A stretch of DNA of 64,000 bases from a virus (taxonomy: Duplodnaviria > Caudoviricetes). The position numbers and the translations under genes were made by a program. The notes under the pieces were generated by a model. It was not told where the DNA came from. It made no database searches and saw only the letters and a list, made by a program, of their open reading frames with translations. Each line of letters opens with the position of its first letter. Within the stretch, counting starts at the first letter, position 1. Location: positions 35,915 through 99,914 of IMG/VR virus record IMGVR_UViG_3300021431_000094; one strand, written 5' to 3'. Below, piece after piece: positions 55,370-64,000 of the stretch.

Positions 55370-56425
55370 ATGTCAGTAACAATAGGTTCCCCTATATCAC
55401 TTAATGCGGACTACCCTAACGTAGACGATAGGTACACAATTGATGGCAATCCATACGCCAGTGTGTCTAATGCTGCAGAGGCCCTAAGCACGAAGATAAA
55501 CGAATTGTATATAGGTTTGACTGTTTTGGTAAAAGAAAGCAGTTGGCCGAAGGCTAAGGAGTATTGGGTGCAGCCGTATGACAACAACGGAGTGACAGCG
55601 TATCATCTGGAGGAAAAGCTCGGTAGCCAGGCAGAGCAAAAACAAAGCGACTGGAACCAGGCCGACGAAAATGAGAAAGATTTTATCAAGAACAAACCTA
55701 CCAAGGTAAGCCAATTCTCCAATGATGCCGGCTATGCCACGAGGGAACAGGTCAATGCCAGGCAGGAGGCTTTGGTGTCTGGTACTAACATTAAGACCAT
55801 TAACAACCAGAGCCTGTTAGGTGGCGGCAATATCAGCATACCCGCTGTTGTTGTTGACCAGGCTCTCTCTCCTACCAGCACCAATCCTGTGCAGAATAAG
55901 CGGATATTCGAAGCTTTGGCTAACAAAGTCGATAGGGTCAGTGGCAAGCAGCTGAGCACGGAGGACTTTACGGCCATCTTAAAACAGAAACTGGAGTCTA
56001 TGCCAACCATCAGTGTTGACGGCGATGTCCTTATCATCAATGGCAAGGAATATAAACTCTCCCCGGTGCCTGTAGTGGCAGACTACTATATTGGGTGGGA
56101 CACTGGTTCCAAGGCTGACTTTGCAGCCAAGACCGATGCACAGATTCTTGAGCTGGCCACAGGATATAACGTCAAAAGCAATCCAACTTACCGCCGTGCC
56201 TTTGGTTCGAACAATATTTTCTTTTTGCTGTATCAGAGCCAGCTGCTACCGACGAAAGTCGTCTTTACTTCCCAAAACATCGACCAGGTGCAGAATATTG
56301 ACTCAGAAGACAATTCCTGCCCGCATGCCGATGTCGTAATCGAAGGTGTAACCTATAAAGTATTTGGCATAAGAATGGTGACAGGTTACGACCAAACAGA
56401 TTCTATCACAATAAATTATGAATAA
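55370..56425 (+). CDS. Fibre protein
   Basis: QSDWNQ..FIKNKP, SQFSNDAGY, SGTNIKTINNQSLLG, KVD..GKQLSTEDFT fibre repeats. Confidence 0.75.
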   Translation: MSVTIGSPISLNADYPNVDDRYTIDGNPYASVSNAAEALSTKINELYIGLTVLVKESSWPKAKEYWVQPYDNNGVTAYHLEEKLGSQAEQKQSDWNQADENEKDFIKNKPTKVSQFSNDAGYATREQVNARQEALVSGTNIKTINNQSLLGGGNISIPAVVVDQALSPTSTNPVQNKRIFEALANKVDRVSGKQLSTEDFTAILKQKLESMPTISVDGDVLIINGKEYKLSPVPVVADYYIGWDTGSKADFAAKTDAQILELATGYNVKSNPTYRRAFGSNNIFFLLYQSQLLPTKVVFTSQNIDQVQNIDSEDNSCPHADVVIEGVTYKVFGIRMVTGYDQTDSITINYE

Positions 56426-56450
56426 AAAATTTAACAAATAAATTGGAAAA

Positions 56451-59261
56451 ATGGGAAACTTAACTATTTCAGGAGGTGGTGTAATAACCACGATAGGTCT
56501 AGCAAACATTGATAGACGCTATGGGCCCTACGAATCGGTGGCAGCAGCCTATGCCGCGCTGAGTGCGGATGGGCTGATAACCCCGGGTCTCACCGTGGGT
56601 ATACTCTCGGGGAACACGGTAACCGAATATTGGTTTAACGGCGGTGTGACCCAGGCGCACTTGGTGCCGAAACAGACGGCGCAGAGTACTAACTGGTCTG
56701 ACATTGAAGGTAAACCTGCAGACCTGGTGCAGGATGCGCAGTATGTGCATACTGACAACAACTACAGCGATGAGGATAAGGCCAAGCTGACGAAGGTTGA
56801 TAAGAAGCAGGACACGCTTGTGCCTGGTACGAATATCAAGACGGTGAACGGACAGTCGCTCTTGGGCGCAGGCAATCTAGAAGTGACCGGGAAGTCGGCC
56901 TATGAGGTTTACGTGGATAACGTGCCAGCTGGTGAGACACGGCTTAGCGAAGCGGAGTGGCTGGAGTCGTTGAAGGGCGAGACCGGAAGCACGGGGCATA
57001 ACCCGTGTTTGGGTCGATACAATATGTTCCCCGACCCGGCACCCGAGGCAGTGGCTGGCGACTACCTGTTTGTCGACGACACAACGGAAAGCCCTGTGGT
57101 GACCTATGTGTATAAGTATGACGGTAAGGCATGGGACAGCGGAGCCGTGGTGGTCACCAGCGAGACTGGGACAGACACGGGGACGGAGACGCAGATCGTG
57201 ACGGAAGAAGTGAGCCTGAGTTCGGGGTTGAAAGTAGGCCAATTGTCTAAATCTAACGGTGTTTATGTTTATAAAAATTGGTCTAATATTAATCATCTGA
57301 TGGTCCCAGCAGCAGGTTATTCAAAGGTGATATTCACCTCCAAACCAGAAGGGTCAGACGGTTTTGTGTTTGCATTCCTAGCATCTGATACTTTGGTAGT
57401 AGACAAAGCACCGACATATGCACCAGGAGAGACGTCTGTGCGTTGGTTCCAAGCTGACGGAGCCGACCATGAGGTGGAAATACCGAAAGGGACCACCCAC
57501 ATCTATGTAGGAATGTCTGGTGAAGGAGACGGGTCACATAGATATCAGCCTGCACGGATGCAGCTGGTGAAAGAGGTGACCACGACAACGGTGAAAAACG
57601 AAAAGAAGACCATGAATGTTGTCCTGCGGCGGATGTTCTTTGCGCAGGGCAGATATGCCAGTAAGGACAGCTACACCGAAGACCCAACGGTGGTGACATC
57701 GGGCATAGTGCAGGGCGGACGAGGCTTTGCGTTAGAGTTGAAAACGGGCTATGTGGTGAGAGCAGTCCACATGACAGACCTTAAAGGAAACGTAGTGAAG
57801 TTGAATTATTGGCCTCCTGATACTACCTTGGTATGGGGAAGCGGCTCTGGTAAGAACTATTACAGCAGTATGAATGTGCCTCCGAAGTATGGCGTTGTGA
57901 TAGAAGTGAAACGTGAAGACGGCGGCACTTTAGGATATGACGATGCCATGGTGGAGATGTTCGAATACCTGGATGACGCAAAGCTGACGAGGGACACGAG
58001 CAATCCGGCCTATGACAAGGTACAATACCGCCTGCGTCAGATGTGCCATTTGGTCTATACGCCGCTGCGAGACATACCTTTCACCGTACCCACTTCTTGG
58101 GCACCGAACCAGGAAGGTAAGTTCCAACTTGCAGGTGAGCTTATGGTAGGACCTCCATACAGCGACGTTGGTATATGTCAAAAATATATCGGGCAGCACG
58201 TTTCTTTCTACACCTTTCTGACGGCTGTGCGCAACCCGCTGTCGCTGCTTTACACTGAAAAGGTAGGTAGCAAAAGTTCGCACTATGGTATCGATTACAC
58301 AGGGACCACCGATTCGAGCATTACGCAAACTTATTTTGGTGCTGTATGCAGCTCATTTGCCCAATACATATCAGGTATGAAACATATAAGCGTCGTGTCA
58401 TGGTTGGGCAAAAAAAATGGCATGACAGAGGTGACGATAGATTTCGACACAGTACAGTTGTTCGACTTTTTGTGTTTGAGCGGTCATGTGTATATGGCAA
58501 CGGACATTATTAGCGAGGGAGGCCAGCGGAAATATGTCGTTCTGTCCGAGATGAGTCGGCCAACGTCCATAAGTGTTGCCTATACAAGAGATACTTTTAC
58601 AGCACACCGTATGGGCGGGGTCGTCCATGTGTGGCGATGGAACGGCTGGGAAAACGTGCCTGCAGCTGAAGCCACCCCGTTCATCAACCAGGGAATGGAC
58701 GACTATGAGGACGCTATCGATTACAACGAGGATATATGCACCTTTGCCGGAGATAAGGCAACGTTCGGTGTGGGCGACAAAATCTACCTCAATATTCGAC
58801 GCGACGGGAAATACACTTCCGTCAAGCTCTCGAACGAGGACGGCAGCTTTGTCGAGACCATTCCAATCTCTGAACTGGCAGCGGACACTTCGTTGACCCC
58901 CAATTCCAGAGACTGGGTATCTCTCAACCTCACTACCTATAACTTGGCAGCTGGCCTCTATAACGCCTGCGCGTTGGATGCAGATGGCAATGCTTCAGGA
59001 TATACCTACTTCGAAGTGTTGGACGTGCAGCTGAGTGTCGAGGGTTCCGGAAACAGCTACACTGCCACGTTCTCCTCATCCAATGGCCAATGCTATCTTG
59101 TCGAGGGCGAAAACACAGGCGGGTTCCCCGGCAACTACTACATCGACGGATTGGAAGACGGCAGCGTGGCCGTCACGCTGACCAGCAGCACGCGTTACAT
59201 CAGGGTCTTCGCCAGAGGCCAATACGGCGTGGCGACCAAACGTGTTTATGTAGACGCTTAA
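56451..59261 (+). CDS. Large fibre/spike protein with possible papain-like (NlpC/P60-type) domain
   Basis: VHTDNNY, GTNIKTVNGQSLLG, GKSAYE..EWLESLKG; later VCSSF..GHV. Confidence 0.7.
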   Translation: MGNLTISGGGVITTIGLANIDRRYGPYESVAAAYAALSADGLITPGLTVGILSGNTVTEYWFNGGVTQAHLVPKQTAQSTNWSDIEGKPADLVQDAQYVHTDNNYSDEDKAKLTKVDKKQDTLVPGTNIKTVNGQSLLGAGNLEVTGKSAYEVYVDNVPAGETRLSEAEWLESLKGETGSTGHNPCLGRYNMFPDPAPEAVAGDYLFVDDTTESPVVTYVYKYDGKAWDSGAVVVTSETGTDTGTETQIVTEEVSLSSGLKVGQLSKSNGVYVYKNWSNINHLMVPAAGYSKVIFTSKPEGSDGFVFAFLASDTLVVDKAPTYAPGETSVRWFQADGADHEVEIPKGTTHIYVGMSGEGDGSHRYQPARMQLVKEVTTTTVKNEKKTMNVVLRRMFFAQGRYASKDSYTEDPTVVTSGIVQGGRGFALELKTGYVVRAVHMTDLKGNVVKLNYWPPDTTLVWGSGSGKNYYSSMNVPPKYGVVIEVKREDGGTLGYDDAMVEMFEYLDDAKLTRDTSNPAYDKVQYRLRQMCHLVYTPLRDIPFTVPTSWAPNQEGKFQLAGELMVGPPYSDVGICQKYIGQHVSFYTFLTAVRNPLSLLYTEKVGSKSSHYGIDYTGTTDSSITQTYFGAVCSSFAQYISGMKHISVVSWLGKKNGMTEVTIDFDTVQLFDFLCLSGHVYMATDIISEGGQRKYVVLSEMSRPTSISVAYTRDTFTAHRMGGVVHVWRWNGWENVPAAEATPFINQGMDDYEDAIDYNEDICTFAGDKATFGVGDKIYLNIRRDGKYTSVKLSNEDGSFVETIPISELAADTSLTPNSRDWVSLNLTTYNLAAGLYNACALDADGNASGYTYFEVLDVQLSVEGSGNSYTATFSSSNGQCYLVEGENTGGFPGNYYIDGLEDGSVAVTLTSSTRYIRVFARGQYGVATKRVYVDA

Positions 59262-59265
59262 CCGC

Positions 59266-59556
59266 ATGAAAAAAAATGCTAATCACAAGACGCAGTGGCA
59301 CACGGTGGTTTTCGCCGTGTGCCTGGCTGTGTCAATAGGTCTCATCGTAGGCGGCTTCTTTGTTCCACCAATGGGCATAATCGATGGGTCCGTGCTGACG
59401 GCTGTGGGGATGCTATTTGGCTATGCGGCATTGGCGCAGCTGCCATACGTAGTCCGGAGCCGCAAGGCCATGACCATCAAACACGGCAATATGTCTGTGT
59501 CAGTCGGAGAGCCTGCTGGGGCCGACGACGGTGAGGAGGACCAAGACCCATGCTGA
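59266..59556 (+). CDS. Putative holin
   Basis: Two TM helices (FFVPPMG.IDGSVL); directly upstream of the endolysin. Confidence 0.65.
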   Translation: MKKNANHKTQWHTVVFAVCLAVSIGLIVGGFFVPPMGIIDGSVLTAVGMLFGYAALAQLPYVVRSRKAMTIKHGNMSVSVGEPAGADDGEEDQDPC

Positions 59557-59561
59557 TTTTT

Positions 59562-59602
59562 TTAGAGGTGATAGAGAGGATAGATTTGATAGAGAGGATA
59601 GA
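59562..59602 (+). repeat. 9-bp-period ATAGA array
   Basis: ATAGA at 59571, 59580, 59589, 59598 (TTAGA at 59562). Confidence 0.8.
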
Positions 59603-59604
59603 CT

Positions 59605-60027
59605 ATGAATAGAAAAATAAACGAAATTATATTACACTGTACGGCTACTCCAGAGGGGAAAGACTATACGGTGGAGGACATCAGAAAATGGCACGTTAAA
59701 GGTAACGGATGGAAGGACATCGGTTACCATTATGTAATCTACCGTGATGGGACTATCCATATAGGAAGGCCTATTGAACAGGTTGGTGCGCATTGCAGCG
59801 GGCATAATGCTAATACTATCGGCATTGTGTATGTCGGTGGGCTGGCTGCGGACGGAAAGACGGCAAAGGACACGCGGACAGATGCACAGAAGGAGGCGAT
59901 GTACACACTATGCAAGATTTTGTGTGATACTTTAGGGATTAAGAAGATTACAGGCCATAGGGAGTATGCTGCCAAGGCATGTCCATCGTTTGATGTGCAG
60001 AAGTGGAGAAAGGAGGTGGGGTTATGA
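59605..60027 (+). CDS. Endolysin, N-acetylmuramoyl-L-alanine amidase (Amidase_2, T7 lysozyme-like)
   Basis: IILHCTAT, IGYHYVI, GAHC, GHRE..KACPSFDV. Confidence 0.95.
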   Translation: MNRKINEIILHCTATPEGKDYTVEDIRKWHVKGNGWKDIGYHYVIYRDGTIHIGRPIEQVGAHCSGHNANTIGIVYVGGLAADGKTAKDTRTDAQKEAMYTLCKILCDTLGIKKITGHREYAAKACPSFDVQKWRKEVGL

Positions 60028-60413
60028 TTTACAAATATCCGATGGGAATATATCCCCGTATATTGTGGATAACGTTTGATGCTACGCCGGAGGAGTTGAA
60101 CACCATGTTTCCGACTGGCGATTCAAAAGATGTTCCTTTCGCAGAACTCGATAGGTGTACTAATGCATGTGTTGATTCTGTGTGCGACGCAGAAAACAAA
60201 GGTGGTTTATTGATACGCTTTGATAGAATAGAGAATGCTAATATGTGTGAGGTGGCCCATGAAGCAAATCATGTGGCTGATGAGGTATATAGATACATAG
60301 GTGCGACCCCAGACGTGACTAATAATGAGCCGCATAGTTATCTTGTTGGATGGGTGGCTAATTGTGTGGAGGAGGCAATGAAAGAACAAGAAAAGCAAAT
60401 TACAGGCAAATAA
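60024..60413 (+). CDS. Small HExxH zincin-like protein (likely start ATG 60024)
   Basis: VAHEANH..NEPHSYLVGW. Confidence 0.65.
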   Translation: MIYKYPMGIYPRILWITFDATPEELNTMFPTGDSKDVPFAELDRCTNACVDSVCDAENKGGLLIRFDRIENANMCEVAHEANHVADEVYRYIGATPDVTNNEPHSYLVGWVANCVEEAMKEQEKQITGK

Positions 60414-60482
60414 AGAGGTGTTCAGAATCAGTAAGTTAAAATTGAAACGGATTTAGTTTGCAAATAAGAAGCAAAAAGATTT

Positions 60483-60749
60483 ATGAGAATAATTAAAGTT
60501 GAATGGATTGACAGTACAGCATCCAACCAGAATTGGTTGATGAAAGCAGATATTGACAATTGGGACGATGTAGAGCCATTATCAATCTTTACCTATGGTG
60601 CATTGGTGCAGGAAGATAAAAACTATATCGTCGTGGCCCAAAACTACGGCTTTGACCCCGAACAGTGCTGCAACCTTATGTCGATACCGAAAGGCTGCAT
60701 AAAAGAAATCAAGACAATCGAAGAATTATTAAAACCAACAGAAAAATGA
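60483..60749 (+). CDS. Hypothetical protein
   Basis: VEWIDS..W..G.L..IPKGCI phage family pattern. Confidence 0.65.
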   Translation: MRIIKVEWIDSTASNQNWLMKADIDNWDDVEPLSIFTYGALVQEDKNYIVVAQNYGFDPEQCCNLMSIPKGCIKEIKTIEELLKPTEK

Positions 60750-60982
60750 AACAGTATATCACAACAGAAGAAGCAATAAAACACTGCGAAGAGGATGGCT
60801 ATGTAATTCCGAGCGTATTTATCTCGGTATTCCCGAACAACCTCGGCATTAACCTTTGCGCCGTCAAAGGATTCGAGATAGAGATAACTGATGACGGGCA
60901 GTACAAGTCCCTCCGTGTTGACTTCATCCCAGAGGAGCATGATCAGTTGAATCCTGAGTACCACAGAGAGTTGCATTTCTAA
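60746..60982 (+). CDS. Hypothetical protein (likely start ATG 60746)
   Basis: ATGA overlap with the upstream gene. Confidence 0.55.
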   Translation: MKQYITTEEAIKHCEEDGYVIPSVFISVFPNNLGINLCAVKGFEIEITDDGQYKSLRVDFIPEEHDQLNPEYHRELHF

Positions 60983-61064
60983 CCCTCAAAGCTAACAACA
61001 ATGTATAGAGCAAAAGAAGTTGAAGATGCACTTGCAACACAAGAAAACAAAAACATATAATAAT

Positions 61065-61490
61065 ATGGATATTAATGTAGACACGGACAACGGGTGCGGG
61101 TGCTTTTTAGCACTTGTGCTATTTGTTTTGCTTTCTGTTGCGGCATTGCTGGTGGGTGGTTGTTCCAGCACAAAGGAGGTCGAACACGTCTACCACCACG
61201 ATACTGTGTATAGCAATTCTGTGGTGCATGACTCGGTGGATAGGTGGCACACTCACTATGAGTTTGTAAAGGGCGACACTCTGCACATGATTGATACGTT
61301 TTGGCGTGATAGGTGGCATATTGCCTACGATACGGCATATAAGACCGTGGTGGAGGTGCAGACCAACGATGTGGAAAAGATTGTAGAGAAGAAGGTATAT
61401 GTATGGTGGTCATTTTGGGTCATACTTGGAATAGCCGTTGCACTTGGCTTGGGGTGGTTGATTAAGAACAAGTTTCAACACCCTTGCTAG
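61065..61490 (+). CDS. Putative unimolecular spanin
   Basis: Lipoprotein signal LVGGC, beta-rich DT repeats, C-terminal TM helix; ends the lysis operon. Confidence 0.6.
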   Translation: MDINVDTDNGCGCFLALVLFVLLSVAALLVGGCSSTKEVEHVYHHDTVYSNSVVHDSVDRWHTHYEFVKGDTLHMIDTFWRDRWHIAYDTAYKTVVEVQTNDVEKIVEKKVYVWWSFWVILGIAVALGLGWLIKNKFQHPC

Positions 61491-61507
61491 GAAAGAGGAA
61501 GAGCAAT

Positions 61508-61554
61508 AAAAAAAAAGAGCCTACAAGAATCAATACTGACTCCTGTAGGCTCTT
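61508..61554. terminator. Terminator between convergent units
   Basis: aagagcctaca...tgtaggctctt with A tract (U tract on the minus strand). Confidence 0.8.
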
Positions 61555-61555
61555 A

Positions 61556-63088
61556 TTATGTAATTGAAAGACGTTCTGCCAATGCCTCGCAAAGAACACG
61601 GCTTTGATTTACTTCCACTGCATTGCCGATATACTTCTTCTGCTCACTTTGGGTACCAACAAGAATATAGTCAGCTGGGAAGCCCATAATTGCCTTCAGC
61701 TCGGATACCTTGAGCATACGCATCTTGATGTCGATAATACAGTACTGGGCCATAAATTCCTTAATCCGACGTGTCATAGGACTGTCTGTTTCGTAGACTT
61801 TGATGCCTAAACCTTTTTCAGTTTGAATGAGATAAGGTGGCATTTTATCCATTCTAGCGATGAGTGTGAAACATGGTTTATCAACAGAACCACCAGCACT
61901 ATTATACTGAGGATTCATTAAAAAACAATCCACATTAACAATCTTTTGTTTCGGTGTAGTCAATATGGAAGGGCTAATGCTGTCGATACTTGATAGTTGA
62001 CCACCTCCACTATATTCGTTAGCAATAAAAGTAATCTTCGCTAGACGATCATGAGTGGATAATGTAGGTGAAGGTTTATCAATTGAAACAGCAGAACCGT
62101 TGCCGTAGTAGGTGATAAGAGCGTGATGGTCAACACAAGTAACAGTACCAGCTGGTTTTTCAATACTAGTGTTTTTTCCAGAAGGTTCGCCACCAAATTG
62201 TTTGGATAAGAAACAACCATTAGGTCGTATGTTCTCACCAGCTACAAACTTAACCAATCCGGCATAAATACGTTTCAAAGTTGATTCCACTAAGGGCTTT
62301 TTTCTAGTAAAAATACTACTTCCTATGTCGTCTAAGTCAAGCACTTCGCGGACTGCTTTGTAGCGGTGCAGACCTTCACCAAATAGGTTATCTGCCGTTG
62401 CACCATCCTTTGAGTATGTTGGTGTAGGAAATGCGTGTGGAAGGCCTTGCTTAGCGAACTGACCAAAGTAACGTTTGCGGCTTGTGTAAGCCCCGTAGTC
62501 GGCTGCGTTGAGGATATGCCACACATAGGAGTAGCCATAGGACTGAATGCGGTTGCACCAGCGCACGTAGTCGGTGCCATTGAGTTTGTCGATGGGCTTT
62601 CCATTCTCGTCCACCTCACCCCAGGCCATAAATTCCTCAACGTTTTCGATTTGGATATAGTCGGGGTCGATGGCCTCGATGTAGCGGAAAAGGTGGTTGG
62701 CGAGTGTTCGGCTGTCAGCATCGCGTGGCTGGCCGCCTTTGGCTTTGGAGAAGTTAGTACATTCAATGGATGCCCACAGCACCAGCTTGGCGTTTGGATA
62801 CTGTCTGCGGGCCCTCCTCACTATCTCTATGAGCGGTTCCATTTTTAGCGTTCTGATGTCTTCAACGAAGTGGTAAGTGCCGGGGTGGTTGGCCTTGTGC
62901 GATGCGATAGCATGAGCGTCGTGGTTAACGCAGGCAATAACGTGAGCGCATTTTTGTCCGTGTAGGGTGGCTTGCTCCACGCCAGTAGACGTGCCACCAG
63001 CACCACAGAACAAATCCACGTAAAGGAGTTTGATATTGTCATTTGTCATGTCTTTTGATTTATTCATTTTTGGTTTATGATTCGGCAC
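61556..63088 (-). CDS. Orphan C5-cytosine DNA methyltransferase
   Basis: DLFCGAGG, ASIECTNFS, IENVEEF, YGAYTSRKR, MGFP..Y, IGNAV; true start may be 63067 or 63049. Confidence 0.9.
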   Translation of the reverse strand: MPNHKPKMNKSKDMTNDNIKLLYVDLFCGAGGTSTGVEQATLHGQKCAHVIACVNHDAHAIASHKANHPGTYHFVEDIRTLKMEPLIEIVRRARRQYPNAKLVLWASIECTNFSKAKGGQPRDADSRTLANHLFRYIEAIDPDYIQIENVEEFMAWGEVDENGKPIDKLNGTDYVRWCNRIQSYGYSYVWHILNAADYGAYTSRKRYFGQFAKQGLPHAFPTPTYSKDGATADNLFGEGLHRYKAVREVLDLDDIGSSIFTRKKPLVESTLKRIYAGLVKFVAGENIRPNGCFLSKQFGGEPSGKNTSIEKPAGTVTCVDHHALITYYGNGSAVSIDKPSPTLSTHDRLAKITFIANEYSGGGQLSSIDSISPSILTTPKQKIVNVDCFLMNPQYNSAGGSVDKPCFTLIARMDKMPPYLIQTEKGLGIKVYETDSPMTRRIKEFMAQYCIIDIKMRMLKVSELKAIMGFPADYILVGTQSEQKKYIGNAVEVNQSRVLCEALAERLSIT

Positions 63089-63518
63089 TTTTGGCTTTTT
63101 TTAGCAAGGATGGGTTGTCATGGATGTTGCCGATAACGGATAGTTTTGTTGTTGCTCTGTTTATCATATATCCGACATTGGCACAGTTGTCATCTGATGT
63201 GAAGTTGCAATATGTGTCTGTGTTGATATAAAAGTTTCCTTCATGATACCATTTCACTACGCCAAAAATCTCTATTTCCCCAGTGTCGGAGTCTAAATAG
63301 CCGATAATGTAACCTTCAAAGACTTGCTTTCCATTTCTGTCGACAACACCTGTGTATTGGCAAAGCGTTTCTTCAACGATGTCTGTTTCTATACCAGTGG
63401 CAGGGTCGTATATAGTCCATTTCTCTGTGTGTGGGTTTCGGGCGTAGTGTCTCGGCTGTCCGTACACCCAATGCTCGCCACTGCACATACTGACTGCTCT
63501 CCATATTATTTCACGCAT
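63075..63518 (-). CDS. YopX-family protein
   Basis: MREIIWRA..WVYG..QYTG..D.NG..VFEG..VIGNIHDNP. Confidence 0.85.
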   Translation of the reverse strand: MREIIWRAVSMCSGEHWVYGQPRHYARNPHTEKWTIYDPATGIETDIVEETLCQYTGVVDRNGKQVFEGYIIGYLDSDTGEIEIFGVVKWYHEGNFYINTDTYCNFTSDDNCANVGYMINRATTKLSVIGNIHDNPSLLKKAKSAES

Positions 63519-63915
63519 TGGAGCCTCCTTTCATTAATTCTGGATTATCAGATTTATTACCAATAATACGTGATTCATCGTCGTTAATTAACACCCATCC
63601 CAAGTCAAACATACAATCTTCGTCATTTACATCTACGCACGTATAGCATGCATATTTTTCGTTCCACTGTACATAAACTGTATGTTGAGTGTCTGCTCCA
63701 TCATAGTCGAAAATTGATACAGCAAGAATGTCCCCATCGAAGATTTTATTACCATCTACATCAGTCAGTCCGGTGTACTGGCCGACAGTCTCGCCACATA
63801 CACGCGAAACACCCTTTCCTGGGACTCCAATCTCGTATTCATCATTGATGTGAAGAAGGTCGCCATACACCCATTCTCCGGACTCCTTCTTGCCTCTAAA
63901 CAGAATGTCACGCAT
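63511..63915 (-). CDS. YopX-family protein (likely start 63915)
   Basis: MRDILFRGK..WVYG..TVGQYTGL.D..G.KIFDGDI..IIGN..DNPEL. Confidence 0.85.
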   Translation of the reverse strand: MRDILFRGKKESGEWVYGDLLHINDEYEIGVPGKGVSRVCGETVGQYTGLTDVDGNKIFDGDILAVSIFDYDGADTQHTVYVQWNEKYACYTCVDVNDEDCMFDLGWVLINDDESRIIGNKSDNPELMKGGSNA

Positions 63916-64000
63916 TGGCACCTCCTTCCTTGGTCGATTTGACGAAAATGACACCGCACTTGTCGCTCCTCACCGACCTCCAGCAGGCCCCCCCCCCCCC

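Noticed and set aside
51241-59261. Diversity-generating retroelement or invertible fibre cassette
   Set aside because: No reverse transcriptase or invertase nearby, and no adenine-variant template/variable repeat pair seen; shared segments are diverged protein motifs
5074-59602. CRISPR array interpretation of the periodic repeats
   Set aside because: Units are 9-12 nt with no spacer-length unique sequences and no cas genes
1-64000. Stop-codon reassignment (TAG or TGA), seen in some crAss lineages
   Set aside because: All large genes are intact in the standard code, and TAG (e.g. 5064, 15376, 19551, 26653) and TGA end genes right before the next gene or terminator
63988-64000. Terminal poly-C run as a phase-variable tract
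   Set aside because: Cut by the window edge; cannot be distinguished from a sequencing or assembly artefact

Overview
This window is a 64-kb segment of a crAss-like (Crassvirales-type) Bacteroidota phage in the standard genetic code. It carries the crAss virion gene set: scaffold, major and auxiliary capsid, ring proteins, muzzle, giant cargo proteins, terminase, portal, tail hub and fibres, plus holin, amidase and spanin. These genes are split into several separately promoted blocks. Unusually for this group, a lambdoid-style lysogeny and replication module sits beside the portal: attP-like site, tyrosine integrase, CI-like repressor, NinB-like gene, iteron-containing initiator and primase-helicase. 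The main non-coding observations are: (1) a 15-bp palindrome (AAAGKNTSANMCTTT) exactly 29 nt upstream of the Bacteroidota -7 box in five structural-gene promoters; (2) a promoter-driven RNA locus at 31.6-32.2 kb with a degenerate tRNA, an attenuator-like leader and a ~280-nt highly paired RNA; (3) a C4/CI-antisense-like RNA in front of the replication initiator; (4) dispersed 9-bp-period ATAGA arrays. All protein calls come from motif recognition and gene order, not database searches.
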